Source of the DNA: a virus | Taxonomy: Duplodnaviria > Heunggongvirae > Uroviricota > Caudoviricetes | DNA length: 42,709 bases | Virus record (IMG/VR): IMGVR_UViG_2922326829_000003 | Span: 1-42,709 of that record | Reading direction: 5' to 3' (one strand) | Part shown: positions 8,340-16,488 of the stretch, one piece after another | How positions within the stretch are numbered: the first letter of the stretch is position 1 | Layout: each line of letters opens with the position of its first letter | Made by a program: the position numbers and the translations under genes | Notes under the pieces: generated by a model | Told to the model about the DNA's origin: nothing | Databases searched by the model: none | Seen by the model: the letters and a program-made list of their open reading frames with translations, nothing else

Positions 8340-8666
8340 TTAAGAATTCGCTGCATCATATATTTTCTCAACTGTCAGCCAGAAATCATCCGGGAAAGCA
8401 GTTTCGACAAGGCTTTCACAGGATTTCTTCAAATAATCAATTTCCTCTTTCGAAAACTCCACAGCTAACGGGCATTCAAAATCTTTTTTAGAATCCCATT
8501 CAATTTTTCCGTCTTCCGGGTGTTCTATAATCGAATATTCCTTTTTGTCCTTTTTCGTGATCGCAATTTTTGCAATAATGCCACGCTTCAAGTTAAACTC
8601 TGTAAACTTGCCTTGCTGGGGAAACATCTGAGGGATGTAAAATCTGTCTTTGATATATAAATCCAT
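8340..8666 (-). CDS. hypothetical protein
   Basis: 108-aa ORF preceded by the CTATTCATAAA motif. Confidence 0.75.
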   Translation of the reverse strand: MDLYIKDRFYIPQMFPQQGKFTEFNLKRGIIAKIAITKKDKKEYSIIEHPEDGKIEWDSKKDFECPLAVEFSKEEIDYLKKSCESLVETAFPDDFWLTVEKIYDAANS

Positions 8667-8677
8667 AATTCTTTTTA

Positions 8678-8688
8678 TTTATGAATAG
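8678..8688 (-). promoter_or_regulatory. candidate late-promoter motif CTATTCATAAA (second copy)
   Basis: Exact repeat of 8224-8234, just upstream of the 8666 start. Confidence 0.4.
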
Positions 8689-8708
8689 CTCTGTAAAACA
8701 ATCAGGGT

Positions 8709-9296
8709 TTAAGAATTGGAAAATAATTTTTTAAACAGACCGCCACTCTTCAACTTTTTATATGAACACATGATTATAAATGCAAGAATCAAAACAGTAG
8801 AAAAAGCAAGAGACACCCAAAACCATTCTGTTTTTTGAATTAATCTGGAGTCCTTTTCACTTATTGAAGACTCAAGTAATTCTATCTCTTTATCTTTACT
8901 TTCTATGATCTTGTTTTTTTCAGATAAAAGTTTTTCATATTTTTCCTCTGTTTCTTTTATTGCTTTTTCCTGAGCCTCTTTGAGAGCCTTTTCATTTGTG
9001 ACATAAATTTTTGTCGTTGTTGATTTTGGCGCTCCACCTTTAGGGCTTTCTAAAGTAGGTTCATAAAAATCCGTGGTGTGCTCTATCAAAGCTTCCGTCT
9101 TTTCAGTTTCCTCTCTGGTGCTCTTTTCAGTTTCCTCTGTTGTATTTTTCGTCAAAAATTCCTCCTCATGTTTGTCTGATTCAGTTTCTTGTATAGTATT
9201 TTCCACCTCATTGTATGAGGTTTCATTATTTTTCAGTGTGCGACATCCAGACAACGACAAGCAAACGAGAAATAATAGTATTACTGTTTTTTTCAT
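8709..9296 (-). CDS. lipoprotein with C-terminal TM helix; unimolecular spanin candidate
   Basis: Signal MKKTVILLFLVCLS-LSGC lipobox; charged periplasmic linker; C-terminal WFWVSLAFSTVLILAFIIM TM followed by KKLK; adjacent to the endolysin candidate. Confidence 0.6.
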   Translation of the reverse strand: MKKTVILLFLVCLSLSGCRTLKNNETSYNEVENTIQETESDKHEEEFLTKNTTEETEKSTREETEKTEALIEHTTDFYEPTLESPKGGAPKSTTTKIYVTNEKALKEAQEKAIKETEEKYEKLLSEKNKIIESKDKEIELLESSISEKDSRLIQKTEWFWVSLAFSTVLILAFIIMCSYKKLKSGGLFKKLFSNS

Positions 9297-9745
9297 TCTA
9301 TTGTTATTGTTAAGTTGTATCTATCTTTCAATAGAGTTTCGTACAATTTTTTAAATGTTGCCGTTGAATTCATCACAGCACCCTTTACGTTATTGGCTCC
9401 TACTAAAAGACAACCCTCTGTATCTTTAGGGTAATTCCCAATATGAATCAAAATCCCATCGTATCCTGGAACATTTAGCAAACGAGGTAATTTGCCCCCA
9501 CAAAATTTATACGCATCACGAGTTGAATATTTAGGACTTACAACCTCCAGTGTTATTTTATATGTCCCCGCCGGAATAGCTGTTTCTCGTTTTATTTTCT
9601 TCTGAGCGATTTCTGCAAGTGACATGTTTTGGGTTAGTCCTCTATCTTTGTCCTCCAGTGTATCGCAAAAATAAACCCCATCAATGTACAGTTTTCCGAT
9701 AGTGTACCCGTCTGTTCTCGCAATTCTTTTTAATAATAGTTTCAT
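9293..9745 (-). CDS. DUF5675-like protein, putative endolysin
   Basis: TIGKLYIDG..FCDTLED, TAIPAGTY, PRLLNVPG..GILIH.GN...DTEGCLLVG. Confidence 0.7.
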   Translation of the reverse strand: MKLLLKRIARTDGYTIGKLYIDGVYFCDTLEDKDRGLTQNMSLAEIAQKKIKRETAIPAGTYKITLEVVSPKYSTRDAYKFCGGKLPRLLNVPGYDGILIHIGNYPKDTEGCLLVGANNVKGAVMNSTATFKKLYETLLKDRYNLTITIE

Positions 9746-9760
9746 TCATAGTCTTTATAG

Positions 9761-9964
9761 CTATACAATTGAACTAAGAGGAACAAACCATTCTAATTCA
9801 TCCTCAAAAGGCTCTCCAATCAAAGTGACCCAACAACCTTTCATTTTGCGATTTTCTGAATCTAATACTTCATCGACAATTACTTCTCGTCCGCAAAGTT
9901 CATCCAGTTTCATTTCTGTTAATTCCTTTGAAGGAATGATTATAACCTTATCTCCTTTTTTCAT
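9761..9964 (-). CDS. small hypothetical protein
   Basis: 67 aa, SH3-like KKGDKVII pattern, packed in the operon. Confidence 0.65.
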   Translation of the reverse strand: MKKGDKVIIIPSKELTEMKLDELCGREVIVDEVLDSENRKMKGCWVTLIGEPFEDELEWFVPLSSIV

Positions 9965-9973
9965 AATCTTTAA

Positions 9974-10309
9974 TTAAAATCCTGTAGGTGGTGTTCTTTT
10001 TAGACAAGCAGGAACTTCACATTTTAAAATTGCCAGCCTTGTGTTGTCTACCACTAATTTTTTTATCTCTTTATGCAATTCAACTTTCTCATCTCTATGT
10101 TCTTCTATTTTAGAATAGAGAGAATCAATTTTTTCATTCAATTCTTTGATTTCGGATTTTGTTTCATCGTATAGCTTTTTCCACTCTTCTGATTGCTTGG
10201 CTTCATTTTCAATATTTTTTGTTTTTCTCATTTGAGGAAAAAACATAAAAGCAGTAATATTCCCGCCAATCAAGCCAACCACAGTGGCGATTACAGTTCC
10301 CAAATCCAT
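9974..10309 (-). CDS. holin-like membrane protein (N-terminal TM plus coiled coil)
   Basis: TVIATVVGLIGGNITAFMFF hydrophobic segment; position at the head of the lysis cassette. Confidence 0.5.
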   Translation of the reverse strand: MDLGTVIATVVGLIGGNITAFMFFPQMRKTKNIENEAKQSEEWKKLYDETKSEIKELNEKIDSLYSKIEEHRDEKVELHKEIKKLVVDNTRLAILKCEVPACLKRTPPTGF

Positions 10310-10343
10310 TTAATTCAGTGTCATTTTAGTTTAAATTTATATG

Positions 10344-10841
10344 TTAGTTATCTTCAGTTTCTTTTTGTAATTTTTCTGGAGTGGGAACGATAACATTAAA
10401 TACAATGCCACCCTCACCAGTGCCCTCAATGTTGAGTTTACTGACATTTGCTTCTTTAATAGGATGTAAATCCATAAGCGCTTTCGTTGCTTGTACGGCA
10501 ACACTTCGTAATGGAGCTGGGGAGAGTTTTGTTCCTCGTCGGTCTGTATATTCCGCTGTAGAAGTTTCTTCTATTATTTTAAAAAGATTTTCTGTTAATC
10601 TTTTTTTCATGTGCTTAGCTTCTTCATAGCTTAAAGACTCAAGCTCTTCTATGTGGTTTTTAATATGTTTTTGAGAAAGAAGCCTTTTCGCTTTTCCGGC
10701 TGAAGTTGTAGAAGTGATATTGAATGCCTCTTCGTAACATTTAGGCGCATTGCCACAATAAGGTGCGCATCCATTTACAAATAGCTCGCAGAATACAAGT
10801 TCTTGGTCTGTAAGAGAAGAATTTATTTCGTTATTTTCCAT
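10344..10841 (-). CDS. terS: terminase small subunit
   Basis: LTDQELVFCELFV...GNA..CY..AF...AGKAKRLL....IK HTH N-terminus typical of TerS; oligomerisation helices; C-terminal beta segment. Confidence 0.75.
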   Translation of the reverse strand: MENNEINSSLTDQELVFCELFVNGCAPYCGNAPKCYEEAFNITSTTSAGKAKRLLSQKHIKNHIEELESLSYEEAKHMKKRLTENLFKIIEETSTAEYTDRRGTKLSPAPLRSVAVQATKALMDLHPIKEANVSKLNIEGTGEGGIVFNVIVPTPEKLQKETEDN

Positions 10842-10852
10842 TATCCATAATA

Positions 10853-10878
10853 CAAATAAAGCCCTGAAAAGTCAGGGC
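10853..10878 (-). terminator. hairpin / putative intrinsic terminator
   Basis: GCCCTGA-CTTT-TCAGGGC followed by TTTATTT on the - strand. Confidence 0.55.
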
Positions 10879-10903
10879 CTTTCTGAATATGAATAGTGTA
10901 TAT

Positions 10904-11173
10904 CTAACTATTTTGTTTTTTGTGTTCCAATAATTTGGACATGATTTCTTTTCTAAATAAATCAGCGATTCCACTAACAGCAGCTTCAACATCCTCAACA
11001 CTGTTAATATATTCCATATTGAAATTTATCATAAGGTCATATCCGGATATTTCTATTAATGTTTGATTTATTTCGTCATTTACAATAGCACACACTGTTC
11101 TATCTGTTATCATTTTGAATTCAACAGTGTGTTCATCTTCTGTGTTCACAATTTGTTTTTTTTCGTCCATCAT
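10904..11173 (-). CDS. hypothetical protein
   Basis: 89-aa acidic ORF at the end of the replication operon. Confidence 0.7.
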   Translation of the reverse strand: MMDEKKQIVNTEDEHTVEFKMITDRTVCAIVNDEINQTLIEISGYDLMINFNMEYINSVEDVEAAVSGIADLFRKEIMSKLLEHKKQNS

Positions 11174-11180
11174 ATTAGAA

Positions 11181-11963
11181 TCATATTTTAAAATGCTTTC
11201 TACTTTTCTCTGTCTTGGAAATAGCTAATGATTCTCCGGGTATTGTTCCACCGACACTTCTTAGTCTTTGGGTGAGAACACTGACTACATTTGTAGTTGC
11301 AGATACGTCAGCGTCGGCATCGTGAGCGTCGTCCAATTCAATCCCCAATCTTTCACACATGATTTCTAATTTGTATGAATTCATATTAGGAATATGACAC
11401 ATCGCTAATTGACCAAGCGAAATTGTGTCCAACGCTAACGGCTGAAAATTGCCATAGAAATCAGCTTGTCCGCGAAGTAGTTTTGACAACTCTCCAGTCA
11501 ATCCTGCATAAGCCATCATTTGTTGCAAAAAACCAACGTCAAATCCGACATTTTGCCCAATTAAAAATGGCTTCATATTCTTTGGAGTTTTCTCTGGAGT
11601 ATTACGTTTTATAAACTCAATAACTTCAGCGGCCACAACCTCAATATTTTTACCCATCCCATAAAGCATATCCATTGTAATAGCTGAATATGTCAAAGCT
11701 TTTGCGTCATACTCCATAGGATTGCTTTCAGGTACATCATGTTTGCTTTTTAATACTTTCCTTTTAGCCCCCACTCCTTTAACTTCCTTTTGATCGTATG
11801 GCTGAATGTAGCTCATATAGGAATCAAGACGCTCAAATGTATCCAATCTTGTTGCATGAATAGAGATTTGAGTACATGCCGCAGTTTGACATTTTAATCC
11901 TCCAGTTTCAAAGTCTAATGTAAATGCTACTAATACTGTTGCTTCTTCTTTTGGTGCAGCCAT
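11181..11963 (-). CDS. DEDDh 3'-5' exonuclease (DnaQ/epsilon-like)
   Basis: LDFETGGL (ExoI), GQNVGFD (ExoII), HDADADV (ExoIII). Confidence 0.88.
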   Translation of the reverse strand: MAAPKEEATVLVAFTLDFETGGLKCQTAACTQISIHATRLDTFERLDSYMSYIQPYDQKEVKGVGAKRKVLKSKHDVPESNPMEYDAKALTYSAITMDMLYGMGKNIEVVAAEVIEFIKRNTPEKTPKNMKPFLIGQNVGFDVGFLQQMMAYAGLTGELSKLLRGQADFYGNFQPLALDTISLGQLAMCHIPNMNSYKLEIMCERLGIELDDAHDADADVSATTNVVSVLTQRLRSVGGTIPGESLAISKTEKSRKHFKI

Positions 11964-11966
11964 AAC

Positions 11967-12470
11967 TTAAATATTTTCAACCATTAATAATAATTTTTCT
12001 TCAAATTCTTCTACTGTTCCGTTATTTTCAATCACATGTTTGTATAACAGATCATTTACTTGAATTCTATTCGAGTCTCTTTCAATTCTTTCCTTTGCAA
12101 CGCTTGCTGCAATTTTCTCATTGTTACGGTCAATATATACGGCATGTATTTCTGTAAAATTAGCGTATATCAAGTCTTTCAACCCTTTTTCATCAACTAC
12201 ATAGACACATAATGAATCATCTGGAACTTGGCTGAAAGTTGCCCAATAATGATAACCACCATAATATGTGTACGCCATCATTTCAAGCATGTCCGGCATG
12301 TCTTTCTCAGATACAAAATGATGTTCAACTCCATTTGTTTCCCCTTCTCTCATTGGACGTGTTGTATAAGACACGATGTCTGGAACCCCAGCTTTCTTTT
12401 TGAGAATTTGCGTTGCCAATGTTTTACCAGCCCCAGATGGGCCTACAATTGCGATAATTCCTAATTTCAT
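11967..12470 (-). CDS. gmk: guanylate kinase-like protein
   Basis: GPSGAGKT P-loop; VSYTTRPMREGETNGVEHHFVS signature. Confidence 0.88.
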   Translation of the reverse strand: MKLGIIAIVGPSGAGKTLATQILKKKAGVPDIVSYTTRPMREGETNGVEHHFVSEKDMPDMLEMMAYTYYGGYHYWATFSQVPDDSLCVYVVDEKGLKDLIYANFTEIHAVYIDRNNEKIAASVAKERIERDSNRIQVNDLLYKHVIENNGTVEEFEEKLLLMVENI

Positions 12471-14652
12471 AATACTTCTACAATCGAATTTTTAGTAAAC
12501 TGTAAACTATTCTTTCCCGAATAATCGCTGTACTTTACGATAGCCGAGAATATTATCAATTTGTCTTTTGCATTCAATAGTTTCCCTCTATTGTCAGCAT
12601 ATTCGCCAGGCCAAATAACACATTCGCAAGTGTCATTATTTTGCTGTAACACCATTTTACAAAATGTTTCAGTGTCTCCTGTTTTCTTATTTTTGAATTT
12701 TTTTTCTTCGATTTCTACAATAGTCGCACAAATTGCTACTTTTTTACCCTCTTCTTCTAATGGGGCTATTCCCTGTAAGGTAGAATAGGAAGCTTTTCCT
12801 CTAATAGCAGTTTTTGCTTCTGAGTTATCATAAATACGTTTGTAATCAATAGCTCCGATTCCTGAAACTTTCACCTGTTGCTGTGACCAGAAATAATGCT
12901 TGTTTCTCATTTCAATCGGAATATCTTTTTCTTTAATCTCAAACCCTAATCGATTTGCTGCTTTTTCAAGTATGGCGTAGCGTTCAACAACTGATTCTGC
13001 TTTCTCTATCTTGTCGAAACATCCAGCCAAAATAAGATTAGAAACATGTCTGGCATTAACTGGACATCTCTCCACTTCATCTTCATTATCCGGATCATCC
13101 CAGTATTCATATTTTTTCAACTTGTATTTGAAAACTCGATCTATAAAATTTTCAATACTGGTGAAATCCCCATTTTTATTGCGTTCCCCAACAATCCAAC
13201 TTACCGCCTTTGTCCCAAGTTGTTTTATACGTGACAAAGACCAGAAAATAGAATTGGAGGCATAATCAGTGTAAAATTTTTCTTCACTAACATTTATATC
13301 TGGAGGTACAACTTTCGCATTGCTACACGCTTCCATTTCCCCCATTAATGTAACAAGTTCATCGTCATCAGCCCACTGTAAAGCCACTGTATAAAATGCA
13401 GTTGGGTAATTTGCTTTAAGGAAAGCTCCTACATAAGATGTTACTGCATAAGCGGTAGCATGTGATTTATTAAATAAATAGCTTCCACATGCCTCAATTT
13501 GATTCCAGAGAGCGATTGCATCTTCATTTGGGCAACCATTTTTCTTAGCGCCTTCCATGAACTTGCTTTTCATTTCTTGAATTTTATCTGTCTTCTTTTT
13601 TGAAATTAGCTTTACCAGCTTCACACCATCTCCAAGAGAGAAATCACCGACTTCTCTGGAGATTAAAACCACCTGTTCCTGATAAGTAATCAAACCATAA
13701 GTGTCCTTCAGTGCATTGTAAGTCCCCCAAAGATATGTCGGAGCCACTAACCCACTCTTACAATCAATATATGCTTCTGTTGATCCATTTTCTAAGGTGG
13801 CTGGACGATACAATGCGTTCGCTGCAATTAGGTCATTGATGCACGTAGGTTTCATGCTAACCAAGAATTTAGTCATCCCCCTTGAAGCAAACTGGAAAAC
13901 GTTTTGTGTAAATCCTTGCGCCAATAGCTCGTAAGCTTTTGCGTTATCTAAATCGCTTGTTGCAATTAATTCTAATGATAAGTTTGTTCCATATTCACGG
14001 TTACAGATATTCATTGTTGATTGCAGCTTAGATAGTTCTTTTGTGGCCAAGCAGTCATTTTTCAATAAGCCAAGCTCATCCAACTCATAGCCATCATTCT
14101 CAGAAACTAAAATTCCGTCAACTTTTTTGATGGGGATAAAATCAAAACATTCCGCACTCTCCCCATCCTTTTCGTCTGGCGTTACAAGTAGGGCCGATGC
14201 GTGAATTGAAGCTGAACGTGGCTGAAACATTAATGTTCGAATATCTTCAAATAAATCAGGGTAATCTTCAACGAACTTAGCAACCTTTCTGTTTTCAGCT
14301 GCTAACTTGAATATGCCTGTAAAATCACATTTGTCATCATCAAATATAGCTGTTAGATAATTAACCAATTGTGGGGGTATACGTTTTGTTCGCCCAACAT
14401 CTTTCAATACCGCTTTTACTTTCAATGTAGTCAATGTTCCTGCTGAGAATACACGTTGCTTTCCATTATAATTATAACGGGTTTCAATATATTCTTTTAT
14501 TTCACCCCTTCTATCTGACTGAAAATCAATATCTACATCCGACCTTACGGCAGGGAGCCATTGGCTCCCTGCAAATACCCTCCATCAACGAAGCAATCAA
14601 GAACATTGACCGACTTCGTACTTTTAATTTGTTTTACATTTAAAATTTTCAT
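12467..14652 (-). CDS. dnaE: DNA polymerase III alpha (DnaE) C-terminal half, interrupted by an 8-nt insertion at 14540-14547
   Basis: ATG at 14652 gives 35 codons ending GSLP then TAA. The frame resumes 8 nt later with DVDIDF...SIHASA...KNDCL...ITYQEQV...FNKSHATAY and a C-terminal OB fold (690 aa); joined product 725 aa. Confidence 0.88.
14540..14547 (-). other. 8-nt coding gap TAAGGTCG between CCG (Pro35) and GAT (Asp); candidate translational bypass site
   Basis: CTG CCG [TAAGGTCG] GAT GTA GAT ATT GAT TTT; exact removal restores the PDxDxDF catalytic motif. Confidence 0.6.
14550..14572. repeat. 23-bp palindrome (perfect 10-bp stem, 3-nt loop) within coding sequence
   Basis: GCAGGGAGCC-AAT-GGCTCCCTGC, ending at the first base of the CCG codon before the gap. 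Confidence 0.9.
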
Positions 14653-15185
14653 TTGAAATAAGTTTTATTGTTAACTATGTTACATATTGTTTGCTTATGG
14701 ACACCATAAGTTGCAGCTAAGTCTTTTTGCAAAACACCCTTGGAGTGTTGTTCCCTGATTTCAGCAGCTTGTTGATTTGTCAGCTTTGCATTAGTACTTA
14801 ATTCTCCATAATCATTTTTAAGCATGTTTGCTACCGAATGATCTATGTTTACCTGATGCGTAACAACCTCTAAATTGGCGGCTCTATTGTCAAATCTTAC
14901 TCCATTTTTATGATTGACTTCTAATTTTGAATTTGTATCTAACTCTAAAAACACAATAGCCACCAGCCTATGTATCAAAAATTTATGTGTACAGTTGTAC
15001 TTGCTTAATTGAATGCTTAAATAGTTGCATGTTGCGCCTTTAAATGGTGTTAGTACCCTTCCTTTACAAAACTGAATTGTCCCATCACTTTTGTCAACAT
15101 ACCTATCAACACTTCTAACGTTACCATTATTACTTACTTGATAGTATCCTTCATATTCAGGAATATCTTTCCAAACTTCTTTCAT
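14649..15185 (-). CDS. free-standing NUMOD4-HNH homing endonuclease (I-HmuI-like) with C-terminal HTH
   Basis: EVWKDIPEYEGYYQVSNNGNVRS (NUMOD4); IHRLVA...VNHKNG...DNRAANLE (HNH); ATGA overlap with the dnaE-C start. Confidence 0.9.
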   Translation of the reverse strand: MKEVWKDIPEYEGYYQVSNNGNVRSVDRYVDKSDGTIQFCKGRVLTPFKGATCNYLSIQLSKYNCTHKFLIHRLVAIVFLELDTNSKLEVNHKNGVRFDNRAANLEVVTHQVNIDHSVANMLKNDYGELSTNAKLTNQQAAEIREQHSKGVLQKDLAATYGVHKQTICNIVNNKTYFK

Positions 15186-15186
15186 T

Positions 15187-16485
15187 CTATGTTTTCATAC
15201 AACTACTGTTAAAAAAGTTATTTGCTTTTTTATAAGCTTTTTCAAATTGAAGTAATTCATAATCTGGAATAATGTGTCGTTTATCAATAAAGGTATCCGA
15301 AACAATGCCTTCCAGTGTCCTGCATCGACTTAAAGCTACATAAATTTGCCCTGGACAGAAAACACCTTGGGTGTGTATAACCACACGATCAAAAGTTAAC
15401 CCTTGGCTCTTATGAATAGTAATGGCCCACGCTAAAGTGATAGGAAACTGCGTGCAGCTACCTTTTTCTTTTGCTGTTATTTCTCCATCTTCCATCTTAT
15501 ATTCATAAGTTACCCACTTGCATTTTGAGATTCCAACAGTTGATCCATTATCTAATTTTATAACTATAGTCTTATCATCAATGCTTTCAACTACCCCAAG
15601 TGTGCCATTACAATACTGTTGGAATCGATCATTTACCAGTATCATAACACGTGCGTCCTTTCTAACCATAAGTTTGCGATCACATGGAGCGCTATTTAAT
15701 GAGAAATCACCTTCAACCTCTGCATAAAATGTATGAGTCGGCTCTCCCAACATAGTTTCATTGATATTCTGAACGTCCTTTTTATGAGTGCAGATATGAA
15801 TGTATTGGTTGTCAAATTTGTCACTAATCTTTTTATTTCTCAGCTCTTCCAATTCTTCTAAATCACTATTAGTGATCTTGTATTCACGAATATTATTCAA
15901 AAGTTCAATGAATCTCGGTTCTGATTGTCGAAATATGCGATTTAGCTCTACTATGTGAAAACCATTCTCTTGGAATGCTTTTGCATAGAAAAAGTAAATC
16001 CCACTGTAAAACTGCAATAAGATAGATTTTTCATCATCAAGAACAACTGGTGGCAATTGAAATAGGTCTCCAAACATGATGACCTGAACCCCACCAAAAG
16101 GAAGAGAGCAGTTTCTACATATTTGCAATCTCCTATTTATGAAATCTAATACATCAGGGCGTACCATGCTGATTTCATCAATAACAAGAACCTCCATTGA
16201 ATTAAGTATTTCCGCTTTTTCCTGACTTATGGTTGATTTGATACTTGTATAAGGATTTATAGGTCCAAATGGGATATTGAACAAACTATGAAGAGTTACA
16301 CCACCTGCATTTATAGCTGCAACGCCGGTTGGAGCGGCTATAAGAAACTGTTTTTGAACTGTTTCTTTTATATACCTCAACAGAGTCGTCTTTCCAGTAC
16401 CCGCTTTTCCTGTTATATATATTGTCGAATTTGTATTATTAATCAAATCCAACGCTTCTTTCATTTCATCTGTAATTGTTATCAT
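15187..16485 (-). CDS. Pif1/RecD-like SF1B helicase
   Basis: ITGKAGTGKT, APTGVAA, IDEISM, FGDLFQLPPV, FRQ, QFP..LAWAITIHKSQGLT, YVALSR. Confidence 0.92.
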   Translation of the reverse strand: MITITDEMKEALDLINNTNSTIYITGKAGTGKTTLLRYIKETVQKQFLIAAPTGVAAINAGGVTLHSLFNIPFGPINPYTSIKSTISQEKAEILNSMEVLVIDEISMVRPDVLDFINRRLQICRNCSLPFGGVQVIMFGDLFQLPPVVLDDEKSILLQFYSGIYFFYAKAFQENGFHIVELNRIFRQSEPRFIELLNNIREYKITNSDLEELEELRNKKISDKFDNQYIHICTHKKDVQNINETMLGEPTHTFYAEVEGDFSLNSAPCDRKLMVRKDARVMILVNDRFQQYCNGTLGVVESIDDKTIVIKLDNGSTVGISKCKWVTYEYKMEDGEITAKEKGSCTQFPITLAWAITIHKSQGLTFDRVVIHTQGVFCPGQIYVALSRCRTLEGIVSDTFIDKRHIIPDYELLQFEKAYKKANNFFNSSCMKT

Positions 16486-16488
16486 GGT

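Noticed and set aside
12467-14434. ORF-track start (TTG at 14434) as the true start of dnaE-C
   Set aside because: It would omit DVDIDF with the catalytic aspartates, which is in the same frame 35 codons upstream.
14434-15187. HNH gene as the ORF of a group I intron interrupting dnaE
   Set aside because: No P/Q/R/S core nearby. The HNH starts 1 nt from the helicase stop and overlaps the dnaE-C ATG, leaving no room for a ribozyme. The exon before the gap ends in G, not U.
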